DNA of 64,000 nucleotides from the human T2T-CHM13v2.0 reference genome, Homo sapiens: the NCBI RefSeq assembly GCF_009914755.1, contig NC_060927.1; one strand, given 5' to 3'. Each line of letters starts with the position of its first letter. Within the stretch, counting starts at the first letter, position 1. Shown here in pieces: positions 45,637 to 58,540 of this stretch. The translations under genes were made by a program, and so were the position numbers. Below the pieces are notes generated by a model. It did not search any database. It had not been told where the DNA came from and saw only the letters and a program-made list of their open reading frames with translations.

Positions 45637-45914
45637 CTCCATTCTCAGACTGCTATGAAGAAATACCTGAGACTGGGTAATTTATAAAGAAAAGAGGTGT
45701 AATTGACTCACAGTTTTGCATTGGTGGGGAGGACTGAGGAAAGGTACAATCATTGGAGAAGGCACCTCTTCACAGGGCAGCAGGAGAGAGAAGAATGAGA
45801 ACCAAGCAAAGGGGGAAGCCCCTTATAAAATCATCAGATCTCATGAGAACTCACTCACTATCAAAAGAATAGCATGGGGGAAAACACATCATGATTCAAT
45901 TACCACCCACTAGG
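45637..45914 (-). mobile_element. Truncated THE1D/MST-like MaLR LTR
   Basis: CTGCTATGAAGAAATACCTGAGACTGGGTAATTTATAAAGAAAAGAGG...CATGATTCAATTACC; the rest of the LTR is absent. Confidence 0.85.
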
Positions 45915-46028
45915 GGAGGTAATTGTATATTTTTATGGCTGAGTAGTATTATGGAATACTACACAATATTTAGTAGCATTATGGAGTTCTGCACAATATT
46001 TTAATTGTGGAATACTGTAATTAGTATT

Positions 46029-46371
46029 ATGGATACTACTCAGCCATAAAAAGAAACGAAATAATAGCATTTGCAGAAACTTGGATGGAGTTGGAGACCA
46101 TTATTCTAAGTGACATAACTCAAGAATGGAAAAATAAATATTGTATGTTTTCACTTACAAGTGGGATCTAAACTATGAGTATGCAAAAGCATAGGAATCA
46201 TATAATGGACTTTGGGGACTCAGGGGAAGAGTCGGTGGGAAGTTAGGGGTAAAAGAGTAAACATTGTGTGCAGTGTACACTTCGGGTAACAGGTGCACCA
46301 AAATCTCAGAAATCACCACTAAAGAACCACCTGTTCCCCACAAACTATTGAAATAAAAATTTAAAAAAGAA
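46029..46371 (+). mobile_element. L1PB-like 3' fragment
   Basis: TACTACTCAGCCATAAAAAG...GGTGCACCAAAATCTCAGAAATCACCACTAAAGAAC...TATTGAAATAAAAA. Confidence 0.88.
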
Positions 46372-47024
46372 AGCAATGGTTTCTGCAATGGGTGCATAGG
46401 GAGACTCAGTGCTTCAGGCCCATGAAGGTACCCACTTCACTTTGGTAAATAGGCATCGTGTGATCAGGCTGATGTATGTAAGCAGCCAACTTGTCAAAGA
46501 AAAACTTGAGAACTGAAATAGCCATCAGCTGTGCTGCAGGACAGTGAATTAACACTCATGGAGCAGACAATGGATTGTTTTTAATCTAAAAAAGTAGCCT
46601 AAGGCACATTCTGAGGGCTTTAGCTCCCTGAGAAAAGGTTCTATGATGGACTGAAAGATTCCTATGTTGCTTTCTCAGTCCCCAACACAGACTTAACAAT
46701 TCTGCAGAACCACTGTGACCCTTTAGATTGCATAGAGATTAAGCCTCCTAAGGTTGAGATGCAGAAAGGATGCACAGCTGGCCTAACTGTGTTGGCACAT
46801 GGACGAATACCCTGTATTCAGGCCACTGAAGTACTGTTCCCTTCTCCCTCTCCCTCTGCCCTGTGAGGGAGGGATCCTTCTGTGGCAGTTTCGAAGTGAG
46901 AAATAGGCCCTCTCTGCTAAAGATAAGGATCATCCCCAGACGGGAATGTGGGGGAGGGGGATGGGCAGGATGTATGGTAATGGCTCCAGATATCCAGAAA
47001 GGGGAGCCACTAGGTCACATTTTC

Positions 47025-47250
47025 TTTTTTTTTTTTTTAACTTTTAGTTTAGGTTCAAGGGTACGTGTGCAGGTCTGTTATATAAGGCAACTTGTGTCAC
47101 ATCAGGTTGTCGTACAGATTATTTTGTCACCCAGCTACTAAGCCTAGTACCCAATGGCAATTTTTTCTAATTCTCTCCCTCCTCCCACCACCGTCCCCCC
47201 ACCCCCCGACCCACAAGTAGGTCCCAGTGTCTGTTGTTTCCCTCTTTGTG
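47025..47250 (-). mobile_element. 5'-truncated L1PA (about PA15/16) insertion
   Basis: Poly(T) then GGTTCAAGGGTACGTGTGCAGGTCTGTTA; 14-bp TSD TAGGTCACATTTTC at 47011-47024 and 47251-47264. Confidence 0.9.
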
Positions 47251-48960
47251 TAGGTCACATTTTCAATGACCTTCCAGAGGGAGATGGCCCCACACAGATC
47301 ACAGGAAAATCAAGTTGGTAGAACATTTCAAGGATTATACCTTCTTAACTTCAAAGCTGCAATCAGCTTGAAGTCCCCAAGTCGAGACTATCAGTGCAGT
47401 GTACACTCTCTCCCACACTACAAAAAGTAAAGTGCTAAAAGGTTCACGAAGCCACATTGTGATGCCAGGTAGATCCCTCTTAACTAACTTACTGGCCAAT
47501 TTACTCCACTATTTCTACCTGATAGCCCAAGCAATTGAAAATTATCTCATCAAATGGTCAAATTAATACAGCTCAGCCATATTCAGGCTGTTCTGTACAT
47601 AGTCAAAAGTGCAACCGTGAAAAACACATTACAAAAATAATCAACAATATGTTTATTGGTACCATCCAAAATCACAAGTCACAAATGGTAAGTAAGAAAT
47701 TAAACTTTGATTGTCTTTAAAATGCTTTCAAAAAACTTTCATACTTGTAGGAGAAGAAAAGCAATCCGTTCAATAACTGTGTTAGAAAGTATCTATTGTT
47801 TGAAAGGCATGGTGGTAACTTCAGAAACTTCTTGGTTTTTCACACGTGATGTTTTATTCATTTCACTCACCTACTTAAAAAAACGTCAATGGCTCCCCAT
47901 TGTCTGAGGAACAAAGTTGATGAGTTACTCAAGTCCCTTCATGATTTGGCACCAACCACTCTTCTAGCTTTCTCTCTCCCAACTCCTGCTATACTGCAAA
48001 TAAGCAGCACCACTGTCAATTAAAAATGCCTTTCCCGTTCCTCTCACTCCATCATGGAGTCTCATACACACTTTGAGTCATGCTACTCTTTCCCCAAATG
48101 GGCTGCATCATTTCATCCTTGGAACAGAAATTTTTAACTTTTATCAAGCTCAGAAACATGTTTAAAAGGCAAACGTTGGGTTATATTCAGAAAGTTTGTA
48201 ATTTAGTAGATCGAGGGTAGCGTGATGAATCTATATTTATAACCATACCAGTTGACTCTGACATAGACGGCCCAAAAATCACATTTTGAGTAATGTGGCT
48301 TGGATAATGGGCCCATGATCTTTCCTCACTCTGAAATGCCAGTCTTTCTCTTGTCACTCACAAAATTCCTATTTATTTCCCAAGACAGGTCAAATGTAAT
48401 CGCCTTCCCCTTCTAGTCAAAATAAATGGTTTCCCTCCCTGTGCTCCCCATGTACTCAGCACATAAACCTCTTACCAAATTTATCACATTCCATTTTATT
48501 AGGTAAGTGATTGTCTTCTCAGATAGATGACAAACTACTTGTGAACTGCAGCTATGTAGCATAGGTGCTCAATAAGTATTTGATTAATATACAAACAAAT
48601 GATCTTTGATGATAAGGTTTGCTGTGAGTTGAATTGCCACTACTTTCTTACTGTCTAAACCCTAGAGATTCTCAGTTTCCAGGTCAATATTACCTCTTTC
48701 ATAAATCCTTCTCTGAGAAGGACCAGGAATATATCTCCTCTCCTGTGTGACAATGGGTCTTGTTTTGTCCTCATACAGCATTTATTACATTGTCTTGCTA
48801 TATAGTTATCTGTGTACATTCCTTATTTCTCCTGTCTTGTCCTTCTTTGTGTCCTCAAGAGAACACTGCAGAGTGCCTGGCTCATAAGAAGTTCCCCCTA
48901 AAATTTTAGAATTAGATTGTACATGGTCAGCTTGCCTAGTAAAAGTGTAAACCCTTAAGA

Positions 48961-49182
48961 CAAGCTTGTCCAACCTACAGCCTGTGGGCGGCATATGGCT
49001 CAGGGTGACTTTGAATGCAGCCCAACACAAATTTGTAAACTTCCTTAAAACATTATGAAACTTTTTGGCAATTATTTTTAGCTCACCGGCTTTCATTAGT
49101 GTCAGTGTATTTTATCTGCGGCACAAGACAATTCTTCTTTTCCCAATGTGGCCCAGGGAAGCCAGAAGATTGGACACCCCTT
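48961..49182. mobile_element. MER30 hAT-Charlie MITE
   Basis: CAAGCTTGTCCAACC...CTTTGAATGCAGCCCAACACAAATTTGTAAAC...AAGATTGGACACCCCT; 8-bp TSD CCTTAAGA / CCCTAAGA. Confidence 0.88.
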
Positions 49183-50248
49183 CCCTAAGACAATTTAAAG
49201 ACGTCAATTCCTTTTCCTAGTTACAGTAGAACAAAATTAGAATACAAAAATTATGAAGGCACCTAGAATGATGCTTTGCTCTTTGGATATATCCTAAGTA
49301 AGAATTGTGAAGTTTGCAGCAGATGGACAAGTGACAATTTTCTAAATGTAGAAGTTTGCAGCTCTGAAAAATACACTTGTACACTTGTACAGGTCTCTGG
49401 TTTGTAAGAACTGTTTCCACTTTTTATTATTGCTCCTGTTATTACTACTGTTATCACTTCTTATTCTGTGGATGGATACACTCAGATGAGGAAATAAGGT
49501 AGAAGCTGCTAACATCCTATGTAGAAGTTCTCAACTGTTTATCCTTAAAGAATATATCAACATTTCCCCCTCTCAATATTCAAAACACCAATTACAAGAA
49601 ACAACAAGAGAAAAGTTATTCATTCATTCACTCATCTAGTTATTCTATAAGAAAAAAATGATGTATGGTTAAATATAAGGACCATCTCTTTATCTTCTGT
49701 GTAGGCTGACCCTAGCACAGCTTCTGCCTAGTACATTTCCACCTAGAATTTGTGGATTGATAATGAATGAATGAACAAAAAATGTATCAACAAATGACTA
49801 AAAGGACATACTGGCAGAGTCCTTCAAGGCTGTTAGGACAAATTTAAAGTGAGTGAGTTATTGTCAATTATGTGAACAAGGTAATCCATGTTTCTTTAAA
49901 CTCATAAGTAGCCTTTATTCCTCCCACTGTATCTTTAATTTGTAAAGAGAGGGGATAGACTTTTGTCATCCAAGAAGCCCTTCTTCTGCACAAAGGATGC
50001 AGTTAATGTCATAACTTTACCTCTATGCATGTCTTAAATTGGAAAAGCCATTCATATATTTCATATACCCTCAACAACTGTGAGATTTTCAAATAAAGTG
50101 GCAGTAGGTAAATAGATTTCTGGAACTGTGTCTGAAATAAGCAGTTATCTTTGGTAAGCAGCATGCTGTCAGTTGGCAATGAAATGTAGTCAAAATTGTA
50201 GTATAAAGAAAGCTTAAATACTAAGAGAATAACCAAGAACTCACTTAC

Positions 50249-50420
50249 TGTCAAAATAGTGTTGAGGGCACTATACTGCATGTATGACAGGCAGATGTTC
50301 ATCAGCATGGCAGCTACTAGAAACAGCAGCAAAAGCAGCCACACCGTTGTGCAGTGTTCCGTGATGACTGCAGATTGCTTGGGGGTAAAGGCTTCATGCA
50401 GCTTTACAAACAACTGAGCT
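50249..50420 (-). other. Candidate first exon (GCC-ATG, 20 codons, strong 5' splice donor); host gene unidentified
   Basis: Minus strand GCTGCC-ATG at 50308 encodes MLMNICLSYMQYSALNTILT, then ACA|GTAAGTGAGT; lies in apparently repeat-free sequence; no transcript evidence. Confidence 0.3.
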
Positions 50421-51779
50421 CCAAAGAGTAAAACTGTGTTAACTGTGGCACCATGGCCACTGTAGCTAACCAGAGGGCTCTGTCACTGCAGGAAGCCTAC
50501 ATACTGTTTGAGAAGACTTCTTGGCAGGTTAGCTAGACTAACCTACAGGAAGAGAAACTTCCCCAGTTACAGGTCTGTAGTCACGGCCTGTGAATTAGCA
50601 TGCTCCAGGAACCAGCTAAACCAGGACTAGGGAGCTCTTTCCTCGGGCTTTTATTTTAATGCTGTGACCACAGGAAATTAAGCATGCAGGTGAACACTTA
50701 CAAGAACTGTCCAGAGCCCTTTTGTATTCTATAATAGGAGTCTGCATTATCATCCCATTCTTGAAAGCACTGGAAAATAGATAACAGCTAAATCAGGAAT
50801 TGTCAAACTCGAGCAATTGTCAGGAACTAAATGGTGGTGCTGAATACAAGTCATAATTGAAATGCTCAAAACCCTCTAAAGCAATATTAAAATCTTCATG
50901 ACATTGCAGAGTCTTCCTGAGACTCCTATATACGGGCAGCAGCACTGAAGAGATTGCACTAGTAAAAATGTCAGCCATAGAGTTTGTCTTGTACCTCATT
51001 ACCTGGAAAAATCATTGGGGTTTTTACAGTCCTCTGAGTAACTATTTATAGTCACACACTCTGACCTTGAACATCACTGTCGCATTAATACAAACCATTC
51101 AGAGAAACGAGAATAACAATATATGAGGTTAGAATAAGCATTAAATGTATCGGGATACCAAGGAAGAAAAATACGTGGGAAAATGATGGCATGTTTAAAA
51201 CTGAAAATGAGCTATTCACTCACATTAAACTAGGAAATCTATGCCCAGAGATAGAAATAAATTGTTTTTCTTATCAGAGCATCATTTCAGTATTACCTAA
51301 TCTTTCCTAAAATCTCTAGAATCTTAAGAAGACTTTCCATACCGTATTGAGTTCTAGAAAGCAAAGTGCATTTTAAAAATACTTTAAATAATGCACCAAA
51401 ATACAAAAAATGCAAAGCCACTTATGAATATTGAAATTTAATAGAAAGCAAAATTCTGCAGACCTAACTAATGAAGAAATATAAGGTGCTCAGACCAAGA
51501 AAGGAGTATGAACAAAAGCAAAGTCAAAAGACTAAGTTAAGTATGTTCCTGAAACATCTGGAACTAGCTGAATAACAGGAAAGTCTTTTCTGGAACTAAA
51601 TCACTAATGGAAGAAACATGAGCTTTGGATTCAGATGAATTTCCATTTAAATTCCACCTTCAGCACTCTTAACTTTGCAAGTTTTTACCCTATCTGTGCC
51701 TCACTTTCCTCATCTGTATAAAGGGCTTCAGAGAGAATATTTTTATGTTTCTACAGAGTTAGGAATTTTTGAGCAAATT

Positions 51780-52300
51780 TTATTGAGCTTGGAACCTTGA
51801 CTAAAAGCAAATATTGGAAGACAATTTATAATAGATTATATGGAGAGAACTCCAGAGACATTTACCTCTCAGGGTTTATGAGTTTACATTTCAAGGAAGT
51901 CTGAGGCCTGGAACCAGAAAGACATCCCTGGTTGTAAAGATGGAAATGGTAGTTATCTTTTGCTTAGAGAGATTATTTACATTCCAGAGAGTTAGAGTAA
52001 GAACCCGGAATCTTTCTCAAGGAGCAAAGGTTTTTCTGCCTCCTTTGGTTGGAGACAGAATGCCTATAAGCACAAAGATTTATTTTTTTCAGGATTCCTC
52101 ACCTGCAATACAGACCCTGTACGTGCAGGTTTGTTCATCCTGCTCTCATCATGTTCCTTGGAGATAAAAATTGGGGCACAGGGGAACCACCTAGTTGTTA
52201 TTTGCTGGAAATAATAATCAATCTTCTCTGCTTCAGAAACCTCATGTGTTGCATTCAGGATTCATATTAATAAAGATAAATATTAAAAACTCAACACTGT
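51780..52300 (+). mobile_element. Probable old ERV-class solo LTR (family uncertain)
   Basis: TTTACATTCCAGAG, CCTATAAG TATA-like, GGGGCACAGGGGAACC, ends AAAACTCAACA; recognition from memory only. Confidence 0.4.
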
Positions 52301-52314
52301 TCTCACTGTTAGAT

Positions 52315-53545
52315 ATATACAGAGAAACAGAAGGAATAGGCTAGGACAATCCACATGGTGCTAGATTAGTGGTGGAGGCATCAATAAGATGGTTAACTTA
52401 ATATGGATATAAATGCCTACATATAAAAATATTTATAGATATGTGAATATACACATATGTCTACCAGGTGATCAAGGTCAACATCAACATCAATAGTGAT
52501 AAACCATGATGATAGTCTGTATGTACCCTTGATATGATGTGATGAAATTGCGCTTTCACTCTGTGATTTTTCCTCTCCATAACCCTTAACCCCAGTCTAA
52601 CCATGAGAAGAACATCAGACAAATCCCAATAGAAGGGCACCTTATGCTATACCTGACCAGCGCTGCTCAAAAACTGAAACACCTCAACTTTTAGAAAAAA
52701 TAGAAGAAAAATCTTCATGAGGTTGTAGTAGGCAATTTTTTTAGGTGGAACACAAATAGCGCAAACTATAAAGTGAAACCCTCCTAAACTGAACTTTAAG
52801 AAAATAGAAATTTTATGCTCTTCAGAAGCTGTTAAGAAAATAAAAAGATAAGCCAAAGATTTGGAGAAAGTATTCGTAATACAAATATCTAACAAATGAC
52901 CTGTATCCAGAATATACAATGATCTCTTATAATTAAATAATTACAAGCAAATTTCCCATTTTTAAAATATTGGCAAAATAATCAAACACACAATTCACAA
53001 ATCATTGCTCATAAGAGAAACGCAAATTAAGTCCAAAATGAGATACCAATACACAAAATTGTTTGCTAGGATGGCTCAAATAGTAAGACTGAAAATATCT
53101 CATTTTGGCAAAGACATGGAGCAACTGGAACTCTCAAACATCATTGTTGAGAATGTAAAATATTAATAGTATACCACTGTGAAAGTCAGTCTGGCTACAT
53201 CTTGTAAAGATAAATATGAACTTAGCATTATCATACAACCCAGAAAATGCACTCCTGGTTAATCACTCCAGAAAAATAAAAAGTTAGCTATAACCAAATA
53301 AATGTCCACAGATGTTCAGAGCAGCTTCATTCACAACAGTAAAATAAACTAGAAACAATCCAAAGTTCACTAGGTAAACAAATCATGGCATAGTCATTCA
53401 ATGGAATACTATGCGGTGATAAAATGTCATAACTTACTCAAACATGCAAGAATAAAAAATCCCAAAAACATCATGTTAAATAAAAGAAGCAGACACAAAA
53501 GAAAAAAAAACTCTGATTCAATATATAGAAGCTCCAAAAAAGAGA
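52315..53545 (+). mobile_element. Ancient L1M fragments (L1MC/MD 3'UTR plus L1ME ORF2 3' end)
   Basis: ACCAGGTGATCAAGGTCAACATCAAC...ATAACCC...CCAGTCTAACCATGAG; GTATCCAGAATATAC, GGAGCAACTGGAACTCTCA, AATGGAATACTATGC. Confidence 0.75.
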
Positions 53546-53945
53546 AATCTTTGCGGAATAAAATGGAATAAAACAAAGATGAATGATGATTTAAAAAAAA
53601 AACACCTATGGTGCAAGGGCCTGAGCAGGCTGTAAACCCAGCAAGGAACAGCTTACACCAGGATGACAGGCAGACTTAGAGAGCACAGGGTGAAGGAGGG
53701 CCAACAGGAGGCAACTGCAGAAAGCCATGGAAACATCCCAGGGGGAAAACAGCCCGACTTCAAAGACTGCCTGGGTTGGACTCTCCTATATCATACATGA
53801 ATAATTACTGCTTTAAAACTTCAAAACGTGGAGGATGACTATCACCCTCCATTATCTAACTCCCAAATGCTTCAATTGAGTGCTTCTCCATATATCTAAA
53901 TACAGAAATATTTTTAGTGATCATGAGTTCTACACAATATTTTAA

Positions 53946-54265
<320 letters not shown>

Positions 54266-54839
54266 AGCAACTTTTACACTCTCACACACAGACACATGCA
54301 TGCATATATTTTGAATTATCTGAATGTTTATCTTATAACTGAGGGCTTTCTGTCCTGTAATTTCACTATCTACATCCACATCTTCCTTGGCAATGGCAGT
54401 AATGTGAAGATACTGCTTTCATTGCCCTAGGCAAATACGAAACAAATCAATGATGCCATTTGCCAAGTGTAAATCAAATGACCTCACAATGCATTGTATA
54501 AACAAAGGTTTCACTATATTTAGAATGGAAATGTAAAATAACTGAATCACTGAATAACACAAACATGCTTAACTCAAAAGCATCTGTGCTTGAATAGTCA
54601 GTATCATATTCCTATTAGGAGGAAAATTTCATTTCAGCCAAACATTATCTGTCACATTAAGTTAATGGAGCTCTGAACTTTATCAATCTCGTGATTTGTA
54701 TTTATTTTGTAAATTGATTTTGGTTTTTTTGGTTCTTTGAAGCCATAAACATAAGAAGTGCATACCTAGTTTTAAGCTAATGTATTTAAATATTTATGAA
54801 ATTTAAATCTACACTGGTGGGAGATACAAAATTGTTTTA

Positions 54840-57800
54840 AATTATTTTTAATGTTATTTTTAAATTGACATACATGCAAATGGGTTTTTCTATACAGTTT
54901 TGTAAGTTTAACAAATACATAGATTTGTTCAACTACTGCTACAATCAAGATACAACTGTTTCATCATCCCAAAAACTCTCCCTTAGGCAACCACTTTGTA
55001 CTCACACTATCTCCCAACCTTTAACCGCTAGAAACCATGGATCTGTTCCCTATCACCATAGTTTTGTCTTTTAAGGAATGTCATATTAATGGAATCATAC
55101 AGCATGTAACTATTTGAGACTTGCTTCTTTCCCTCAAAAAAATGCCAAATTGTTGCATGTCAATAATCCCTTTCCTTTCATGGCTAAATAGTTTTTCCAT
55201 TGTATAGTTGTACCACAGTTTGTTTATCTAGTCACTCATTAAATTAGATTGTCCCCATTTTCAGTCATTATGAGCAGAGTAGATAGAAATATTAATGTAC
55301 ACAGGTTTTGTGTGAACATAAAATATCAGTTAAGTAAATAGAAATGGAATGGATGAGTCATATGTTTTTTACATGTATACATGTATGTATACATATATAT
55401 ATCTATATGTTTAAACTTATAAGAAGTTGCTAGATTGTTTTCCAGAGTGTATGTACTATTTTATATTTCCAGAAGCAATGTATGGGACTTCTAGATGCTC
55501 TGCATCCTCAGCAACACTTAGTATTTTTATTTCAGCCATTCCAATAGGTTATGTAAGAACATTGCATTTTGGTTTTAATTTCTATTTTTCTAATGGGTAG
55601 TGATGATGACTATCTTATTTGCTTATTTGTCACTCATATATTCTCTTTGGTTAAACATTTTTTCAAGTATTTGGCCCATTTTTTGATTGGGTTCTTTTCT
55701 TATTGTTGACTTTTGAGAGTTCTTTTATATTCTGAATCAAAGTCCTTTGTCATATACGTGGTTTGCAAATATTCTTTCAGCCTACAGATGTCTTTTATTT
55801 TTGTCTTAACAGTGTCTTTCAGAGATGTTTTAATTTTGATGAAGGTCAATTTATCCTTTTCTTTTCATTTGTGATTTTTGCTTTGGTGTCCTATCGAAGA
55901 ACTTTTTCCTAGCCCCAGGTCATGAAGATTCTCCTATATTATCCTCTAAAATTTTATAGTCCTACACTTTATATTTACATATATAATTTATTTTGAATTA
56001 AGTTTTATAAGGTGTGAGGTCTGAGTCAACATGCAAATTTTTGCATGTGGACATTCAGTTGTATGAACACCATTTTTTGAAAAGGCTATCCTTTACATTG
56101 AAATGCCTTTGTATCATTGTCAAAAATCAATTGATCTTATGTGTGTGGGTCTAATTCTGTATTCTATTATTTTTTGTTGCTCTGTGTATCCATCATTTTG
56201 CCAATGCCACACTGTCTTGATTACTATCTTGGTTACTTTATGTCTTAACATTGGGTAGATTTAGCTTCCAATTCTTTCTTTTGCATTATTAACTTTTTTA
56301 GGTATTTTAATTTATTTTGTTTCAACTATATCTCAGTATAATTTTTAGTGGTTTCTCTAGTGATTACCAAATGCATACAAACTATTCACATTTTTAGAAT
56401 TAACACTTACCACTTTGAGAAGAATATGGAAATCATAACGTCCTATAGGTCCCTCTCCCCCAATTTATGTCGTAGTTGTCTTACATATTACATCTACTTC
56501 ATTGAAAAGCCTATCAAAAATGTTGTAATTTTTCTTTAAACCATCAAACATTTTAAAGTACTAAATAAGAGAACCATTTATTATATTTACCTGGGTATTT
56601 ACCATTTCTGGTACTCTTCTTTCATTTCAGATGTTCCAAGTTTTCTTCTTGTATCATTTCTCTTTTGCCTGAAGAACTCCCTTCAGTGATCCTTTTGGAA
56701 TAGGTCTGCTGCAACAAACTCTATCCGTTTTCTTTCATCTGGGAATTTCTTTCATCTCCTTACTTCATAGATTGTAAGTTTTTTCTTTTGACATTTGAAA
56801 AACGCCATTCCATTTCTGGCTTTTATGGCTTCTGACATGAAATTTATATTTATTTGAATTGTGTTTCTATAACTAATCATTTTTCTTAAATTATGTTCAA
56901 GATTTTTTTCTTTGTGTTTAGTTTTTAAGAGTTTGATTGTGATGTGTCTGAATATGGATATCTTTGGGTGTATCTCAAAGGGAAGGGGTCCTTCAGCTTT
57001 GTGAGCCTGTAGGTTTCTGTCATTTGTCCATGTTAGAGATAGGAAAATTTTTCATCCGTATCTCTTCAAATATGTTTCTGCATACTCTCTTTCTCCTCTT
57101 CTTTTGGAACTCTGATGTCATAAATATTAGACCTGAGGCTGTAGTCATTTATTTTCAACTTTTACTCTTCATTTGTCAAGATTAGATAATTTCTATTGAA
57201 CTATATCCAAGTTCACTAACTCTTTCATCTATCATTTACATTCTGTTACTGAGCTCATTTAGTTCTAAAATTTCCAGTGGGTTCTCATTTATATCTCCCA
57301 TTCTTTGCTGAGACTTTCTATTCTGACATTCAGTTCAACAGTGCTCACTCTTACTTGGAGTACTTTTTAAAATAGCTCTTTAAAGTCTTTCTCAAATTAA
57401 CCCAATATCTGTGCCATCTTGATATTTATATTTGTTGATTGTTTTTTTCCGTTGATATATACCTAGTTGTTCACATGCTGAGTAATTACGGATTATGTTC
57501 TGAACAATTTTATTATTATTTTTTGTGACCCTGGGATGACTTTCTTAAATCCTACAGAGAATATTTGTAGTTTTATTTTAGTACCCAACTGACCTGCTTA
57601 AATCCAGGCTTTAAGTCATGACCAGTTATCTATGGGCAGTGGTTGCATTGTTTAATTAAGCTTTCAAAGACTTTACAGTGCTATTCAGATCTGTCCTGAA
57701 TGTGAGCCACCCAGTAGTCAGTTTGGATGTTGGACATTGGTGTATCCCACATTTCAGTTCTCAAAGTCTATGTATATTTTTTGACATTGGAGCCACACCT

Positions 57801-58540
57801 ATGTGGCTCATGGTTATGCCTGGGAGCTCATTTAAAACTTTAAGGGTCATTTTCTCAAGTTTCTCCCTTACAAGGAGCTCCTTAATACTTTCTGATTCCC
57901 TGTAATCCTACTTTTTGGTTATCTGGCCAGAATAATGGGGCTTCAGTTACCCCGCTCTGCCTTATGCCCCCCACAGCTGTGCCCACATCTGGAGTTAAGC
58001 TGTAGAAGGACAGAAAGGGAGGAAACTCATAAGAGTTTATCCTCCCTCTGAGGACCACAGCTCCTCTGATTGGAAAGGAAGGTTTTGGCTACTGTAGGTT
58101 CGTGTTGGCTTTGTTGTTGCCCTTCTCACAGGATTTCTTGAGGGCTGAGGAGCAGGGAATGTAAAGAAGAAAAATAAATAAGAAAATGATAAAGGGACAT
58201 TTTCTGCACTCTGCGTTAGCTTTAGAAAACTCCTTTGCTGCTCTTTGAGCCAGAACTAGAGGAATTCTGGAACTCTCTCTGCCCACACTAATGCTCACCT
58301 CCAGGTTTCTGGCTGCGTTGAGCTCAAGTCAGAAGATATTGAAAGGAACTATATGGAAAACTCACCATCAGTTTGGTGATATTTTGATTCCGGTATTCTT
58401 CCCAATCTTTTCTCAATGCTATTTACTTTTTACAGCCCTCAAATAGCTGTTCCGTAAATCCTGACCATGTGTTTTAGCTGCATTGAGTGAAAACAACAGA
58501 GTGCGGTATGTTTATTCCATCTTGCCTAGAACTAGAATAC
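54840..58540 (-). mobile_element. Ancient L1M (L1ME/MC-type) composite, antisense
   Basis: ATGGAATCATACAGCATGTAAC, TACCACAGTTTGTTTATC, TTTTAATTTTGATGAAGGTCAATTTATC, TTTGATTGTGATGTGTCT; boundaries approximate. Confidence 0.7.

Noticed and set aside
49309-49391. GAAGTTTGCAGC x2 and TACACTTG tandem; also ATCTAAGT tandem near 587
   Set aside because: Short repeats readily explained by slippage or chance.
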